Positions 51,941 to 64,000 of a stretch of 64,000 bases of DNA are shown in pieces. Every line of letters begins with the position of its first letter. Within the stretch, counting starts at the first letter, position 1. The notes beneath the pieces are model-generated. The model did no database searches. It was not told the origin of the DNA and was given only the letters and a program-made list of their open reading frames with translations. Position numbers and translations under genes: made by a program. The DNA comes from Scyliorhinus canicula (taxonomy: Eukaryota), in contig NC_052171.1 of the NCBI RefSeq assembly GCF_902713615.1, forward strand, positions 806,001 through 870,000, in the 5' to 3' direction.

Positions 51941-51976
<36 letters not shown>

Positions 51977-54354
51977 AGTCCCCCGATCCGGCTGATCACG
52001 TGGAATGTGAGAGCCCTAAATGGGGCGGTCAAGAGGGCCCGGGTACTTGCGCATTTAAAGGGACTGAAGGCAGACGTAGCCATGCTACAGGAGACGCACC
52101 TGAAAGTTGCGGATCAGACCAGGCTGAGGATGGGATGGGTAGGGCAGGTCTTTCACTCCGGGTTGGATGTGAAGAACAGGGGGGTAGCAATATTGGTGAG
52201 CAAGCGGGTGACTTTCGAGACGGTGGGCATTGTGTCGGATAAAGAGGGCCGGTATGTGATGGTGAGTGGTAGGCAGCAGGGGGCCCGGGTAGTGCTGGTG
52301 AATGTAAATGCCCCAAATTGGGACGATGCGGGGTTCATGAAGTTATTCCCAGCTCTTTATGGTGCATGCGCAAGGCCAGGAAAAGAGGTTGGAGGAGCTG
52401 CCGCTCAAGATGGTGGAGAGGGGTTTTCGGTATTTGGGTACTCAGGTGGCCAAGAGTTGGGAGGGTCTTGCATAGGCTCAATCTGGCGCGGCTGGTGGAC
52501 CAGATGGAGGAGGACTTTAGGAGGTGGGACATGCTTCCGCTCTCCCTAGGTCAAGATGTCGTTCCTCCCTAGGTTTTTGTTTGTGTTTCAGTGCCTGCCC
52601 ATCCTCATTCCTTAGGCCTTCTTCAAGCGAGTGAGCAAGAGTATCATGGGATTTGTGTGGGCCAATAAGACCCCAAGGGTTAAAAGACTGTTCTTGGAGC
52701 GCAGTCTGGGGGGGGGGGGGGGGGGTGGTTGGCGCTGCAGAATCTGTGTAGCTACTACTGGGCAGCAAACGTGTCGATGATTCGGAAGTGGATGATGGAG
52801 GGAGAGGGGATGGCATGGAAAAGGCTAGAGGCGGCGTCTTCTGTAGGTACTAGCCTGGGGGCACTGGTGACGGCACCGTTGCCACTTCTGCCGACGCGGT
52901 ATACCACGAGCCCGGCGGTGACAGCGACGCTGAAGATTTGGGGGGCAATGGAGGCGGCACAGGGGGGAGACGGGGGGGCCTCAGTTTGGTCCCCAATACG
53001 GAATAACCATAGGTTTGCCCCGGGCAGGATAGATGGTTCCGAAGCTGGCACCAGGCGGGAATTAGAAGGCTGGGGAATCTATTAATTGACGGGACTTTTC
53101 TTTCTTTTTTTAAATGAATTTAGAGTACCCAATTCATTTTTTTTTCAATTAAGGGGCAATTTAACGTAGCCAATCCACTTAATCTGCACATCTTTTGGGT
53201 TGTGGGGGCGAAACCCACGCAAACACGGGGAGAATGTGCAAACTCCACACGGACAGTGACCCAGAGCCGGGGTCGAACCTGGGACCTCAGCACCGTGAGG
53301 CTGCAGGGCTAACCCACTGCACTACCGTGCTGCCCTATTGACGGGCCTTTTGCCAGCTTTGCACTGGAGGAGAAATTTGGGTTACCCCTGGGAAATGCTT
53401 TAGGTACATGCAGGTTCGGGCGTTTGTCAGGAAGCAGGTAGGAGAATTTCCATTGCTGCCCGCCCGAAGGATACAGGACAGGGTGATTTAGGGTGTGTGG
53501 GTCGGAGAGGGTAAGATCTCGGAGATATACCAGGAGCTGCAGGAGGCGGAGGAAGCCTCGGTGGAGGAGTTGAAGGGCAAATGGGAGGAGGAGCTGGGTG
53601 AGGAGCTGGATGAGGGCCTGTGGGCTGACGCCCTGGGTACGGTCAATTCCTCCTCATCTTGCGCCAGGCTCAGCCTGATCCAGTTTAAAGTGTTACACAG
53701 GGCGCATATGACAGGTGCGAGGATAAGTACGTTTTTTGGGGTGGAGGACAGATGTGTGAGGTGTTCGGGGAGCCCAGCAAACCTCCCCCATATGTTCTGG
53801 GCGTGCCCGGCGCTTGCGGAGTTCTGGACGGGCTTTGCATAGGTCATGTCCAAGGTCTTGGACACTCGGGTAAAACTGAGTTGGGGGATAGCGTTATTTG
53901 GGGTATCGGAGGATCCGGGAGTGCAGGAGTCGAAAGAGGCCGGAGTTGCCTTTGCCGCCTTGGTAGCCCGGAGAAGGCTCTTGTGAATGTGGAGGGATGC
54001 GAAACCCCCAAGTGTGGAGGCTTAGATCAATGACATGGCGGGATTTCTCAGGTTGGAGAAGATAAAGTTTCCCTTCCGAGGGTCTTTGCAGGGGTTCTTC
54101 GGGCATTGGCAACCGTTCCTTGACTTTCTCGCGGAACGTTAGGTGGAAGCCAGCAGCAGCAGCAACCCCGGGGGGGGGGGGGGCTGATTTCTTTTCCTTT
54201 TTGAAAGGGGCGCTTGCCCTACTTTGTTTTGAGTTGGGTGTTAATTTGTTAAACTTTATCGTTTAGAGGATTAAGTTGTTTTTTGTATTATTTTCCTTTT
54301 TGGAGTGTTCTGTAAAACTTTTTGAAAAACTTTGAATAAATACATTTTTTTTAA
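51568..54354 (+). mobile_element. L1-clade LINE, 5'-truncated and internally deleted, inserted in the Gypsy 3' LTR
   Basis: 14-bp TSD aagagttcaataaa (51554-51567, 54355-54368); endonuclease ITWNVRALNG..LQETHL; C-terminal CVRC..HMFWAC; AATAAA near the end. Confidence 0.92.
53101..53335 (-). mobile_element. SINE type C inside L1
   Basis: Approximate TSD attgacggg(a/c)cttt. Confidence 0.88.
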
Positions 54355-55119
54355 AAGAGTTCAATAAAATCGAGTTGCATTTCTTCAAGTGTTGGAAACC
54401 TTCCCTTTATCACTGCTGCAGTAAACGCAGTCCTCACAGACCCAGCTTACCCAACACATCAATGTGAACATGATCAGAGAACAATGCCTGCATTTCTCTG
54501 CTTTCCCCTCACCTCCATTTGTGTGGCTTATAATGTGCTCTGGCTCACCCTCCTCCTTAACTGGATGTCAGCTTGGTTTAGTTCCACAGGTATGAAGAGT
54601 TCCCAGCATCTTTCCCACTGCACATTCTTTCCCCTAGCCTAGACAGTCAACACTGACAAGTTATGAACGCCAGGTAAAAAGAGGGTGACATCAGATATCC
54701 TATGAGCGCACCACCATATATTTTTGAAGCTCCTATTTCCTTTTTTTTTGCAGTCTTTCCCAGGCACATCTCTTAATTCCTTTTGGAATTGCAAATTCGA
54801 ACTTGTGCAACAATCAGACATATGAAAGGACCTAAAATCAACTTATAAATTCTAATTTTCCCCAAAGCAACTGAATAACAATCTGAAGTGTGTATTTTGA
54901 CAAGAAACAGAACAGTGACTTCATCAGGTTTGGATTATATTAGTATTGGGACTAAAACACAGGCATTGGGCAGGAAAGAATTTGCTGCCCCAGACGCAGA
55001 GTTCATGACCTCAGCCAACTGCTTTTCACAGGGGAGGGACAAAGACAGTTAGAGAATGAGTATGTTTGGTAATCTAATAAACAATTTTGCACATATATAT
55101 ACCGAGGTCTATAAACACT

Positions 55120-55450
55120 CCACTGTCAGCTGCGGCTCAGTGGGTAGCATTCTATGATTCTGATTAAGAAAATGCAGGTTTGTCCCACTCTGGAGATTTG
55201 AGCACAAAATGTGGATTGACATTTCAGAGCTGCGAACATGCTGCACTGTAGGAACTGCAATTCCATTTCGGATAAGATGTAAAACGGAGTCCTGTGCGCT
55301 CTCCTAGAAGGATGTAAAAAAATTGCAGAACATTATTATGAACATTGAGGGAATAATCAATGGCATACTGGCTAATAGTTATCCTTCAACATCACTGAAA
55401 CAAACGGATGATCTGACCAGGTCGTTCCGTGAAAAAATCAGACACTGCTG
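55120..55450 (+). mobile_element. Deu-domain-type SINE remnant with tRNA head
   Basis: gtcagctgcggctcagtgggtagca head; body related to 17345 and 19650. Confidence 0.55.
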
Positions 55451-55582
55451 CCTGCCATAATAAAAGCAAAATGCTGTGGATGCTGGAAATCTGAAATAGA
55501 AGGATGAGGAAGAACACCTCGGGTGGAATTCTCCGTCGGCCAACGCCGAAAACAGAAAACGAGATTGAGCGGAGAATCGTTT

Positions 55583-57460
55583 ATTCAAAAAAAATATTTT
55601 TATTGCGATTTTCTAATTTTTACAGTGTAACAGATTAACATATAGTGCATCTGACATTTACACGGTATGACATTTCTTATTTACAAATTTTACTTACATT
55701 CCCTCTGTCTGCCCTCCCCCCTCCCTGCTCCCCTACCCATTGTCAGTCTGACTCTTTCGCGGCACCACCTTTCGCCCTTGGTGTCGTATTACTGCGCTTC
55801 GCTCCTCTCTGCTGCAGTTCCTGTTGTTGTCTTTCTGGGTTCTGTGGGGGCGAGGGGGCGCTTCCTGACCCCTCCCCTCCTCCCTTTTTTCCCCATGTCT
55901 CTCTCTGCAACGCTCCTGGGTTCCCTCTTTGCCTCCCCTCCACCCTCTGCTCCTCTCCATTATGTGTGCTCTTGTCTGTTCTCCTCAGTATCCAGCCCCT
56001 ACCCCCCCCCCCCCCCCCCCCCACCCCCACACACCCGCCTTCCCCATCACTGTTTGCTTCGAACAGATATTGGAACAGACTGATGAATAGCCCCCACGCT
56101 TTGTGGAAGCCCTCGTCCGACCCTTGGATGGTGTACTTGATCTTCTCCAGGTGGAGAAATTCCGACAGGTCTGCCAGCCAGTCTCAGCTGTTGGTGATGC
56201 TGCTAGTCGCCAGCCGAGCAGGATTCTCTGGCGCACGGTTAAGAAAGCAAAAGCCAGGTGTTGGCCCTCTTCCCCGTATGTAGTCCGGCTGGTCTGAAAC
56301 CCGGGCGTGGCTCCACACTCACCCCCACAGCCTTGAAGAAGGCTTTCCAGAACCCAATGTCTGGGGCAGGCACAGAAAATGTGGGCGCGTTTGGCCGGGC
56401 CTCCCTGGCACCGTTCACATTTATCCTCCACTTCCAGGAAGAACCTGATCATTCGCGTTCGCGTTAGGTGTGCTCTGTGCACCACTATAAACTGCATGAA
56501 GCTTAGCCTTGCGCAGGAGGAGGTGGAGTTGGCCCTACTTAGTGCTTCACTCCAGAGTCTCCAACCACTTCATCCTCCCATCTTTGCTCAGCTCTGTCCA
56601 GTGGTGTCCTTGCCCTTTCCAGAAGTCGTCCGTAGATGTCCCCACAGTTCCCCCTCTCCTTGTTTATTAGCTCCTCCAGTAAAATGTCTCTCGGGCCCTA
56701 GGATACCTCGTCGTCTCCTTACGGAGACAATGTTTGATTTGAGGTTGCTGGAGTTCCTGGCCTGTCAGTAGCTCTAGTTCTTCCGCTAGTTTGTCCAGGG
56801 TTACGAGTTTGTCCCCTATGTAAAAGTTCCTGACCGCTAGTGTCTCCATTTTTTAAAGGTGGCGTCAAGCATGGCTGGCCAGAATTTGTGGTTGCCGCAG
56901 ATGGAGGTCATGGAGAACAGCAAGGCTAAACCAAAATGCTGTCTCATTTGGTTCCATGTCCTCAATGTGTCTACCACCACTGGGCAGGATGTGTATCTTT
57001 CCGGATGGGATGAGAGTGCTGCTTTGGTGAGGGCTCGGAGGGTTGTTACTTTGCAGGAGGACTCCTCCAGCCTCACCCATTCCATATTGGGTTTTTGTAT
57101 CCATCCCCTCACCGTCTTGGCTGTGGCTGCTCAGTTGTAGTATTGCAGGTTCAGTAGGGCCAGGCAGCCCATATTTCTCCTCCTTTTCAGTGTTGACTTG
57201 GGGATCCTTGGGTTCTTTACCCCCCACACAAACTCCATGATAGTTTTGTCTCTCCCTTGGAAAAAGGCCTTGGGGATGAAGATCAGTATGGACCTGAACA
57301 GGAAGAGGAACCTCAAGCTTTAACTTGATTGTCTGCTCCTCCCCGCCAGGGAAAGTGGGAGTGTATCCCATCTCTGGAGGTCCTACTTAACTTTTTCCAC
57401 CTCACTGGTAAGAGTCCACTTGTGGATCATGTTTAATCATGGGCTATCGAGCTCTGGAAT

Positions 57461-57493
<33 letters not shown>

Positions 57494-57740
57494 CCTCCCC
57501 TCCAGAACACTAGCTTACTTCCGTCTGTTGCTTGTGGCCTTTTCCACCACTTCGGCCAACCCTTCGACCCCTCGAGTCACCGTTACTCGCATTCTGGTTC
57601 TATTCCTTTCTTTTCTCGGTTAAGATTGAGCTGATTTCGGATTTTCAGGCAAAATTCGCTGAAAAGTGCCTATTTGGTTATGGTGTGGAGGAGAGCCACC
57701 TGATGTGCGTCCACTCAGCACATCACCATCACAGGAAGTC
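55583..57740 (-). mobile_element. L1-clade LINE with both termini but a large internal deletion
   Basis: 5' end gacttcctgtgatgg; ORF2 3' part (RFLFLF, CERC..HIFCAC); AATAAA; TSD core gagaatcg (55572-55579, 57742-57749). Confidence 0.85.
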
Positions 57741-58050
57741 AGAGAATCGGTATTGACACCGAAATCGTGGCAGATGCTGCGTTCACATCAAATCGCAATT
57801 CTCCGGTGCCTCAACAGCGGCATCAATGCATTCCACCCCACACATATAGTAAAAGCCGTTTGCATATCATTAGCAGCTTGACCTGGTATTCTCTGGGGCA
57901 TCCGCTTTTCTCCGCCAGCGCAGGGAGCAATTCCCAACAGTGAGTCTCAGTTGCACTTTTAAAAATCGAGAAACAGGCGCCATGGTTAATGAGGGAGGAA
58001 GAGGAGGCAGGACATGAAGAGGCGTGACCGTGGGCTGCCATACTGGACAC

Positions 58051-58239
58051 TGAAAAATGAAATGAAATGAAAATCGCTTATTGTCATGAGTAGGCTTCAA
58101 ATGAAATTCCTGTGAAAAGCCCCTAGTCACCACATTCCAGCGCCTGTTCGGGGAGGCTGGTACGGGAATTGAACCAGCTGTTGGCCTGCCTTGGTCTGCT
58201 TTCAAAGCCAGCGATTTAGCCCTGTACTAAACCAGCCCC
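58051..58239 (-). mobile_element. SINE type D
   Basis: Homolog of 10392 and 19917. Confidence 0.85.
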
Positions 58240-58639
58240 TACAATCGCTAAATTGCATAACACTAAATACATCCATTTCACTGTGGACCGAGCCCGCCAG
58301 GATGCCTGGGCAGCGGGGTTTGCCACCATCGCCCAGCTGTCACGGGTCCAGGAGGTGGTCGACGGGATGCATGTCGCCCTATGAGCACCTGCAGATGACA
58401 GGCTCCCCACACAAACCGAAAGGGGTTCCACTCGATGAATGTACAGCTGATGAGTGACTATCAGATGTGCATCATGCACCTCTGCATCTGATACCCGGGC
58501 AGTGTGCAAGACGCCTTCATCCTGGCCCCTTGAGGATGGTGACACCCTGCACCACGATGAGCTCTGTTCCTCCGCATTGTTGGACCTCTGCCTCCTGGCC
58601 ACAGTAGCACTTTCCACCATCCACCGTCCAGCTACAGGG

Positions 58640-59680
58640 AGGGGGGGGGGAATTGAAGATGGGGGGGGGGGATAAACACCACAAGGGAAATACTGGAAAA
58701 GAGGGAGTGAGGGCATCAGGATGGCTAAAGCAAGCAACCACTTTGGAGGGTCCCTGAACAAGAAGAAACCCCAGAGTGCAGGGGCTCACCCACATGGCGT
58801 ACTCACAGCTGGCAGACATGTTGGACTGCCCCCTAACAAAGGGAAACCTCAGAGTGCAGGAGTGCATTCACCAGGTAAGAATGGTTGATCCCGCAGGAGC
58901 GTTGGGACAAAAAACCCCATCAGGATAGTCACCTGGAACATCAGGGGACTTAACGGCCCTGTGAAAAGATCCAGAGTCTTTGCCCACCTGAAAAGTTTGA
59001 AAGCTGACATAGTCTTCCTCCAAGAGACAAACTCGAGAGAGAAGGGCTGACTGTGGGTAAGAAAGGGCTGGGTGGGACAGACTTATCATTCCTGTCATGG
59101 GACGAGGGTCAGAGGGGTAGCCATGCTGTTAAATAAGAGGACAGTGTTGATGACGACATAGATGGTTACGGAGCCGGGGACAGTATGGTCAGCAGTGTCC
59201 TGAACTGGGCATTGGTATTCCTGGTGAACGTGTATGCTCCCAACTGGGATGACACGGAGTTTATTAAAAGGACCATGGCGGAAATCCCTAACACAGATGC
59301 CCACTGACTAATCATGGGGGTGGGGGGATTCAACAGTGTGCAGTACCCATGGACAGGGAAGTTGAATCCCAAAACAGGAAAGATCTCCAACATGGCAAAA
59401 GAACTATGCACATTCATGGAGCAGGTGGGAGCAGTGGACCCATAGCTGTTCATCCACCCAACTAAACAATGTGTATTCATGGATCAACTTCTTTGTAGTG
59501 GGGAAATCGGTGCTTCCAGGGCTAGTAACAGCGGAGCAGAATATTCCGCGATTGTAATCTCCGACCACGCTCCATATTATATGGATGTGAGGTTGGAGAT
59601 GGGCCCTGCCCAATGCCCCGGATGGAGGTTGGACACGGCCCTCCTGGCTGATAAGGACTTCTGCGAGAAAATATCACAGG
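58640..59680 (+). mobile_element. L1 endonuclease fragment
   Basis: IVTWNIRGLNGPVKRSRVFAHL, NVYAPN, ISDHAP motifs with frameshifts. Confidence 0.85.
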
Positions 59681-60329
59681 CTGTGAAGTACTCAGTCAAT
59701 GCAAGTCTTTGTTTCTTCATTGGGAGACTCAAAAAAGGGTCAGAAAATAATATGAAAATGATATGAAGAAAGTTTCACTTTGCTGGTAGCTATATGTGCT
59801 GGTGCAGTTCATACCTGATCTCAGGTCCTGAGTTTGGTACCTGTGTGTACTGAGGTAGATGACCCATGGTCTGAGTTGGGGTAATTTTTGCATCGTTCAA
59901 TTAGTTTTCAGAAAGGCAGAACACACATGATGACAAACACGCACGATGAGCTAAATGTCAGGATTCTTGTGACGACAAAAGCGACAATACTTTTATGTCC
60001 TTTAGGCTGCCAGGCGCTTTGGGGCATCGTCGAGTAGTGCAAGATCTGGAAAAGTGCAAGTCTCTCTTTCCTGCTGCAAGGCAACATCTGTGGATGCCAG
60101 GGGTATCTGCATGACTGGCAAAGTTCTTCTGCATGCAATTCCAAGTTGCATGCATGAACTCGTAAAATAAACGCCAATCAGAAAACCCTTGCAATATGGA
60201 AACAGCACAGAATCGTGCAGTGATCGCCTCCCCAATCTGCAAAAGCTGCTCAAAATCTCCGGCCAGGCCCGCACATGGAGAATAACATGCATTGGCTTGA
60301 GAGGGCTGAGGGTAACACACGGCGAGAAG

Positions 60330-60703
60330 CAGGGCCGGTTTTAAGCCTATTTGATCAATTTCATCAAATTGGGCCCAGGACCTTAAGGGGGGCCCCACGC
60401 CAGCGGCGACAGAGTTACCGTTTGAAACCTTTTCTGTATTCTAAGAGGAGCTATAGGGTAGTTTTTACTTTTGGGGAACGCACCGCATTACCGTCGACAA
60501 ATCCTTCAGCCCTGCGCCGCCAAATCCTTCCGCCCAGGTAAGTAAGTTTCAAAATTTTAGTATGTCAAGCATTTAATGTTTTGTTTTGGTTAAAGGCGAG
60601 CATACTACACGAAATATAAACATACATCATTTTTTACTTTTGTAGAGTAGGGGCCCCGCCATCGCTTTTCTAATTGGGCCCGCAATTCCTAGCACCGGCC
60701 CTG
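60330..60703. mobile_element. hAT MITE, 374 bp
   Basis: TIRs cagggccggt / accggccctg; perfect 8-bp TSD gcgagaag (60322-60329, 60704-60711). Confidence 0.93.
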
Positions 60704-63700
60704 GCGAGAAGCATCCCATGCAAGGCCAGGGGGGAGAATATTGATGGGAGGAAAAAGCAGCTTTAAAAAAAGGAAACGGCAGATCGTTGCCACGGCGTGG
60801 CGCTCTCCATCCTCAGTAAGCGCGGTGCTATTTTCAAACGCCTCCTGTGGGTTTCAGGAGGTGCAACATCTGCTGAACAAAGGAGCCGAGACGCGAGTTG
60901 ACTTTGATTTGAGGGCAGTTAACCCATGGTGTAATATTGCCTGCAAAAGCGCCGGGAAAAGTCAGTGAAGTGAATGCACCACCAAGACTGGCGCTAAATC
61001 ATTGCACCTCAGCACTGAGTTTAGAAAACTCAACATATTGCCTGGGCTGCAGGTGTGTATCTCTCTATGTATCTATTTATTAATGTATAAACCAATCTCT
61101 TGTGTCGTTCTGGCGGCCTATCAATTAATTCGTGTATGTGTCTCTATCAAGGCAATTGTAGTGTTTCTTCAATGTTTGAAATTGTGTCTCAATCTTTCTT
61201 GATCGCATAATTAAAGCGGTATTCGAGGCGGGAACATTGTGTCCTGCTGTTACTATTTCATGGATAGTTTTGCTGTTAAACTTGTTTTATTACGAGTGGT
61301 GTCAATATTGAAGTCAACCCAAGTTGGAGTTGAGAGGAGGCGGGGGGGGGGGGGGGGGGCAGTGTTGTTTCACGGTCAGGGTGGGGGGGGGGGGGGCGGA
61401 GGAAGTGAAATTGACCCCGAAATTGACAAGTAGAATTTGGGAAGAGGGATCTCAAAGGGAGTGTCAATAACGGTGTGAGAGAGACATCGATAACAAACTA
61501 GAGAATGAATCTGACGCGTATGTATCGTGAGTCAGAAAATTAATAACAACCTCGGTTGAAATCGCAACTGGAAAACACACAAGACATCCCCGCCCTTCAA
61601 AAAAATCGAACTTGTAAACAAAGGTATTTTATTTGTCTAAAATTAAGGGGTGGCGCTAAATTAGTGGCACATAATTAAATTTACTGGGATTTTTTTTCCC
61701 GGACTGATAAGACCCGGGTAAGTATGGGTCGCAAGGACTGGGTTTTTCTGTCTGTATCCTTTTCGAAGACGAGGATGGGGCGATGTGCTATTTTTGAGGG
61801 GGTGGGAGTCGTTTTGGAAACTTTGAATCCACAGCAGCCAACAGTCAGACATTGCGGATATTTTACGAATAATTGATACGCGCCGGATAGATAAATAAAT
61901 ACCCATCGGACGGATGGATGCAGTGAGTTCAGAAACTGTGTGTGATGAAACTTCGCCGCAGGCTGTGACATAATCGTATCAGGAACAGCAGGAGGTCCAA
62001 TTATCCCTCACAGTTTTAATATTCAGCGTTTCATATGGGATATAAACTGCTGCCTGCTAATTGCGAGAGTGCATGTAAATACATAACGATTATTGTAGAG
62101 GAATGATTCAATCAATCTATTTATTTGTGCCCCCCCCCTCCAAAAACTACCACCGCCTACCGTCTGCTCACCTCCTGTGTGTGTGAAACCTAAAGTAAAT
62201 CTTTGGTTGCAAAAAATAGGCGCACGCTATATTTCTTCCGACCTGTCCACTATCAGAACAAAATTAAAATTGTAGCTGAACGCTTTGTCAGATTAGAACA
62301 CTTGTACTTTGGGATCCATCACTTACAAAAATGTGGTCCAAAAATGCTGTGTAAAACCCGAGTTATCATGCATTTAGGTTTCACATAATATTGTTGATAC
62401 TGTGTGCGATCGGGTGGCCCTTTCTGTATTTTGAGTATCCTTAATTTCTCCTCTTGATTTCAAAAGAGCGACCAGAAACGGCCTCACCAAAGTGTCTGGA
62501 AATCTTGCGGGCGGCCAGGATGAGTTGACAGGAGAAACGAAACAGACTTAATGCAAGTTGATATTGAACATTTCAGGTTAGATTCATGAACGCGGTTTTG
62601 TGCAACGTGGGGGTTGGGGGTGAGGGGGGGGGGGTGGTGAGGAGCACAGATCGACAAGTCCATCAATGGGGGGAAAAAGGTGGCAAAACTCTGAGTGTCA
62701 CAGTCTGACTGGGGGGCGCTGCACGGCACACCACCCCCATGTCAATTGTGAAAATCATTATTGTAATGTTAATCCACATTGTAGGAAAAATTACAAGCAA
62801 CTGTCGGACGGGACACGAGTACTTGTGTAAACTTGCATCTGTTTCATCAATTTTAATGATCAGTGCATCTGGCCGCGCGACGTGTCGTGCGTTCCTTATC
62901 TTCATTGCGAAATTAGTATTTCGAGCTGATAGATTTAATGATCGTCCGTTTCAGCGATACTTCATTGAACCCTGTGCCACATATACCACACCGCATATCG
63001 GGACAGCTATCAAACCGCCCGATAATGTCCATTCCTCAATCATCGTGCAGAATGGACAGAATTGGCCGAAGGACCGGTCCTTCCTTCGGCGCAGAACACC
63101 ACCAAAGTTAAAAGGAGTAAAAACATAAGATTGGCAACTCAACAGCCAGCTTGAGTTTTCAGTCTAGACTTTAGAATAAAAATGGAAAGGTTGAAGCACA
63201 AAGCCTGTAAGAAAACACCGTGATGGCGTCGGAACATGTTTTATATACAAATAAATATGCACACATATATAAAATATATGTATGCAAGAGATAAATATAG
63301 ATCATATTAATAATATACTGTTTAAAAAGTTACAGATATTTTCTAAATTTCAAAGGAGGCGGCGATATTTCAGCAGATATCTGTAACGTTTACTGTAATG
63401 ATATATTTCCGATATGTGGTTTGGATCATTGTTATCGCTTTCTCTCTGGCAGCTGGCTCGGCTCAGACAGGCCTGACCCGGCCAGTGTTGTGACCTGGCT
63501 GCATGTCCGCTGTCCCCGAGTAGCGGGCCGCAGACAGACGCTGCCTGTTCAGACCTGGGGCTCTGGCACACGCCTTCCTATTGTCCTCGGTCCTCACAAC
63601 GGAAAGATTTCAATCCCGGCGGGAAGGGGATGGAGAGGGAGGGAGGGGGGTCGATTAGCATTCTCCACACCCACGGCCCGAACAGACAACTCCCATTCAA

Positions 63701-64000
63701 AACCGCCTTCCGATCGCGGCATTTTAACTCTTATTTAAACAATGGCTAAACTCCATTGATTACTTTCAAGCAGATTATTATTCACCGCTCCCTGGCTGGC
63801 AGCTGCCCCCTTTATTGGACTTCAGTCCAAACGCCTCATCTCACGAACATTGTCTCCACCAGCCAGCCAGACACAACCCAACAATTTTTTAAAATAATTT
63901 CTCCGTCAGGCTACGCAAAACCATCGAATTGTAATAAATGAAATATTCAAGACACCCATGAGTAATTGGAGCTGGAATAATTAGGATCACTAACATTTCG

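Larger units (their letters stand above)
48668..54461 (+). mobile_element. Gypsy (Mag-like) LTR retrotransposon, internally deleted
   Basis: 5' LTR 48668-49044; PBS tggtaccagtgagt (close to the complement of the tRNA-Leu(TAA) 3' end); gag CCHC pair, protease LDSGA, RT YVDD; RNase H and integrase missing; partial 3' LTR ends 54461; perfect TSD atgtg. Confidence 0.92.
55521..58600 (+). mobile_element. Decayed PIF/Harbinger element with a transposase fragment, interrupted by L1 and SINE
   Basis: Left end gggtggaattctcc; ~58265-58530 translates VQEVVDGMHVAL*AP..RKGFHSMNVQLMSD..YPGSVQDAFIL, matching HARBI1-type DDE motifs. Confidence 0.8.

Noticed and set aside
51941-51975. Long G/C homopolymers (also ~14605, 33282, 56002, 57462, 61342) as functional G-quadruplexes
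   Set aside because: Several lie within L1 copies, homopolymer lengths are error-prone in assemblies, and there is no independent evidence of function.
33700-64000. PCNA, the human neighbour of TMEM230
   Set aside because: No PCNA-like peptide is recognisable in the ORF track or by inspection.

Overview
Vertebrate genomic DNA, most likely a cartilaginous fish such as a shark (inferred from the tRNA/V-domain HE1-like SINEs, Deu-type SINEs and the CR1/L1/Penelope repertoire). I found two host genes by manual exon assembly, both on the minus strand. PPP2R2A (PP2A B55-alpha) contributes its CpG-island promoter and exons 1-2 at about 14.2-14.95 kb, and intron 2 runs off the left edge. TMEM230 is complete (120 aa, three coding exons at 29.2-32.2 kb, plus a non-coding first exon and ETS promoter at about 33.6 kb). 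Most of the rest is transposable elements, often nested: CR1 and L1 LINEs, two Gypsy LTR retrotransposons with TSDs, solo LTRs, PIF/Harbinger and hAT MITEs, Penelope-derived fragments and at least four modular SINE types. The most unusual observations are: (1) a 735-bp Harbinger MITE built almost entirely of back-to-back hairpins and carrying NRF1/CRE motifs; (2) a Gypsy element with no tRNA primer-binding site whose leader is complementary to its own LTR poly(A)-signal region; (3) SINEs that swap heads and tails; (4) hammerhead-like motifs in Penelope remnants; (5) fragments of an unidentified decayed protein-coding gene scattered across 34-60 kb. No database searches were run. Family names come from recognised motifs, and coordinates of old repeats are approximate.
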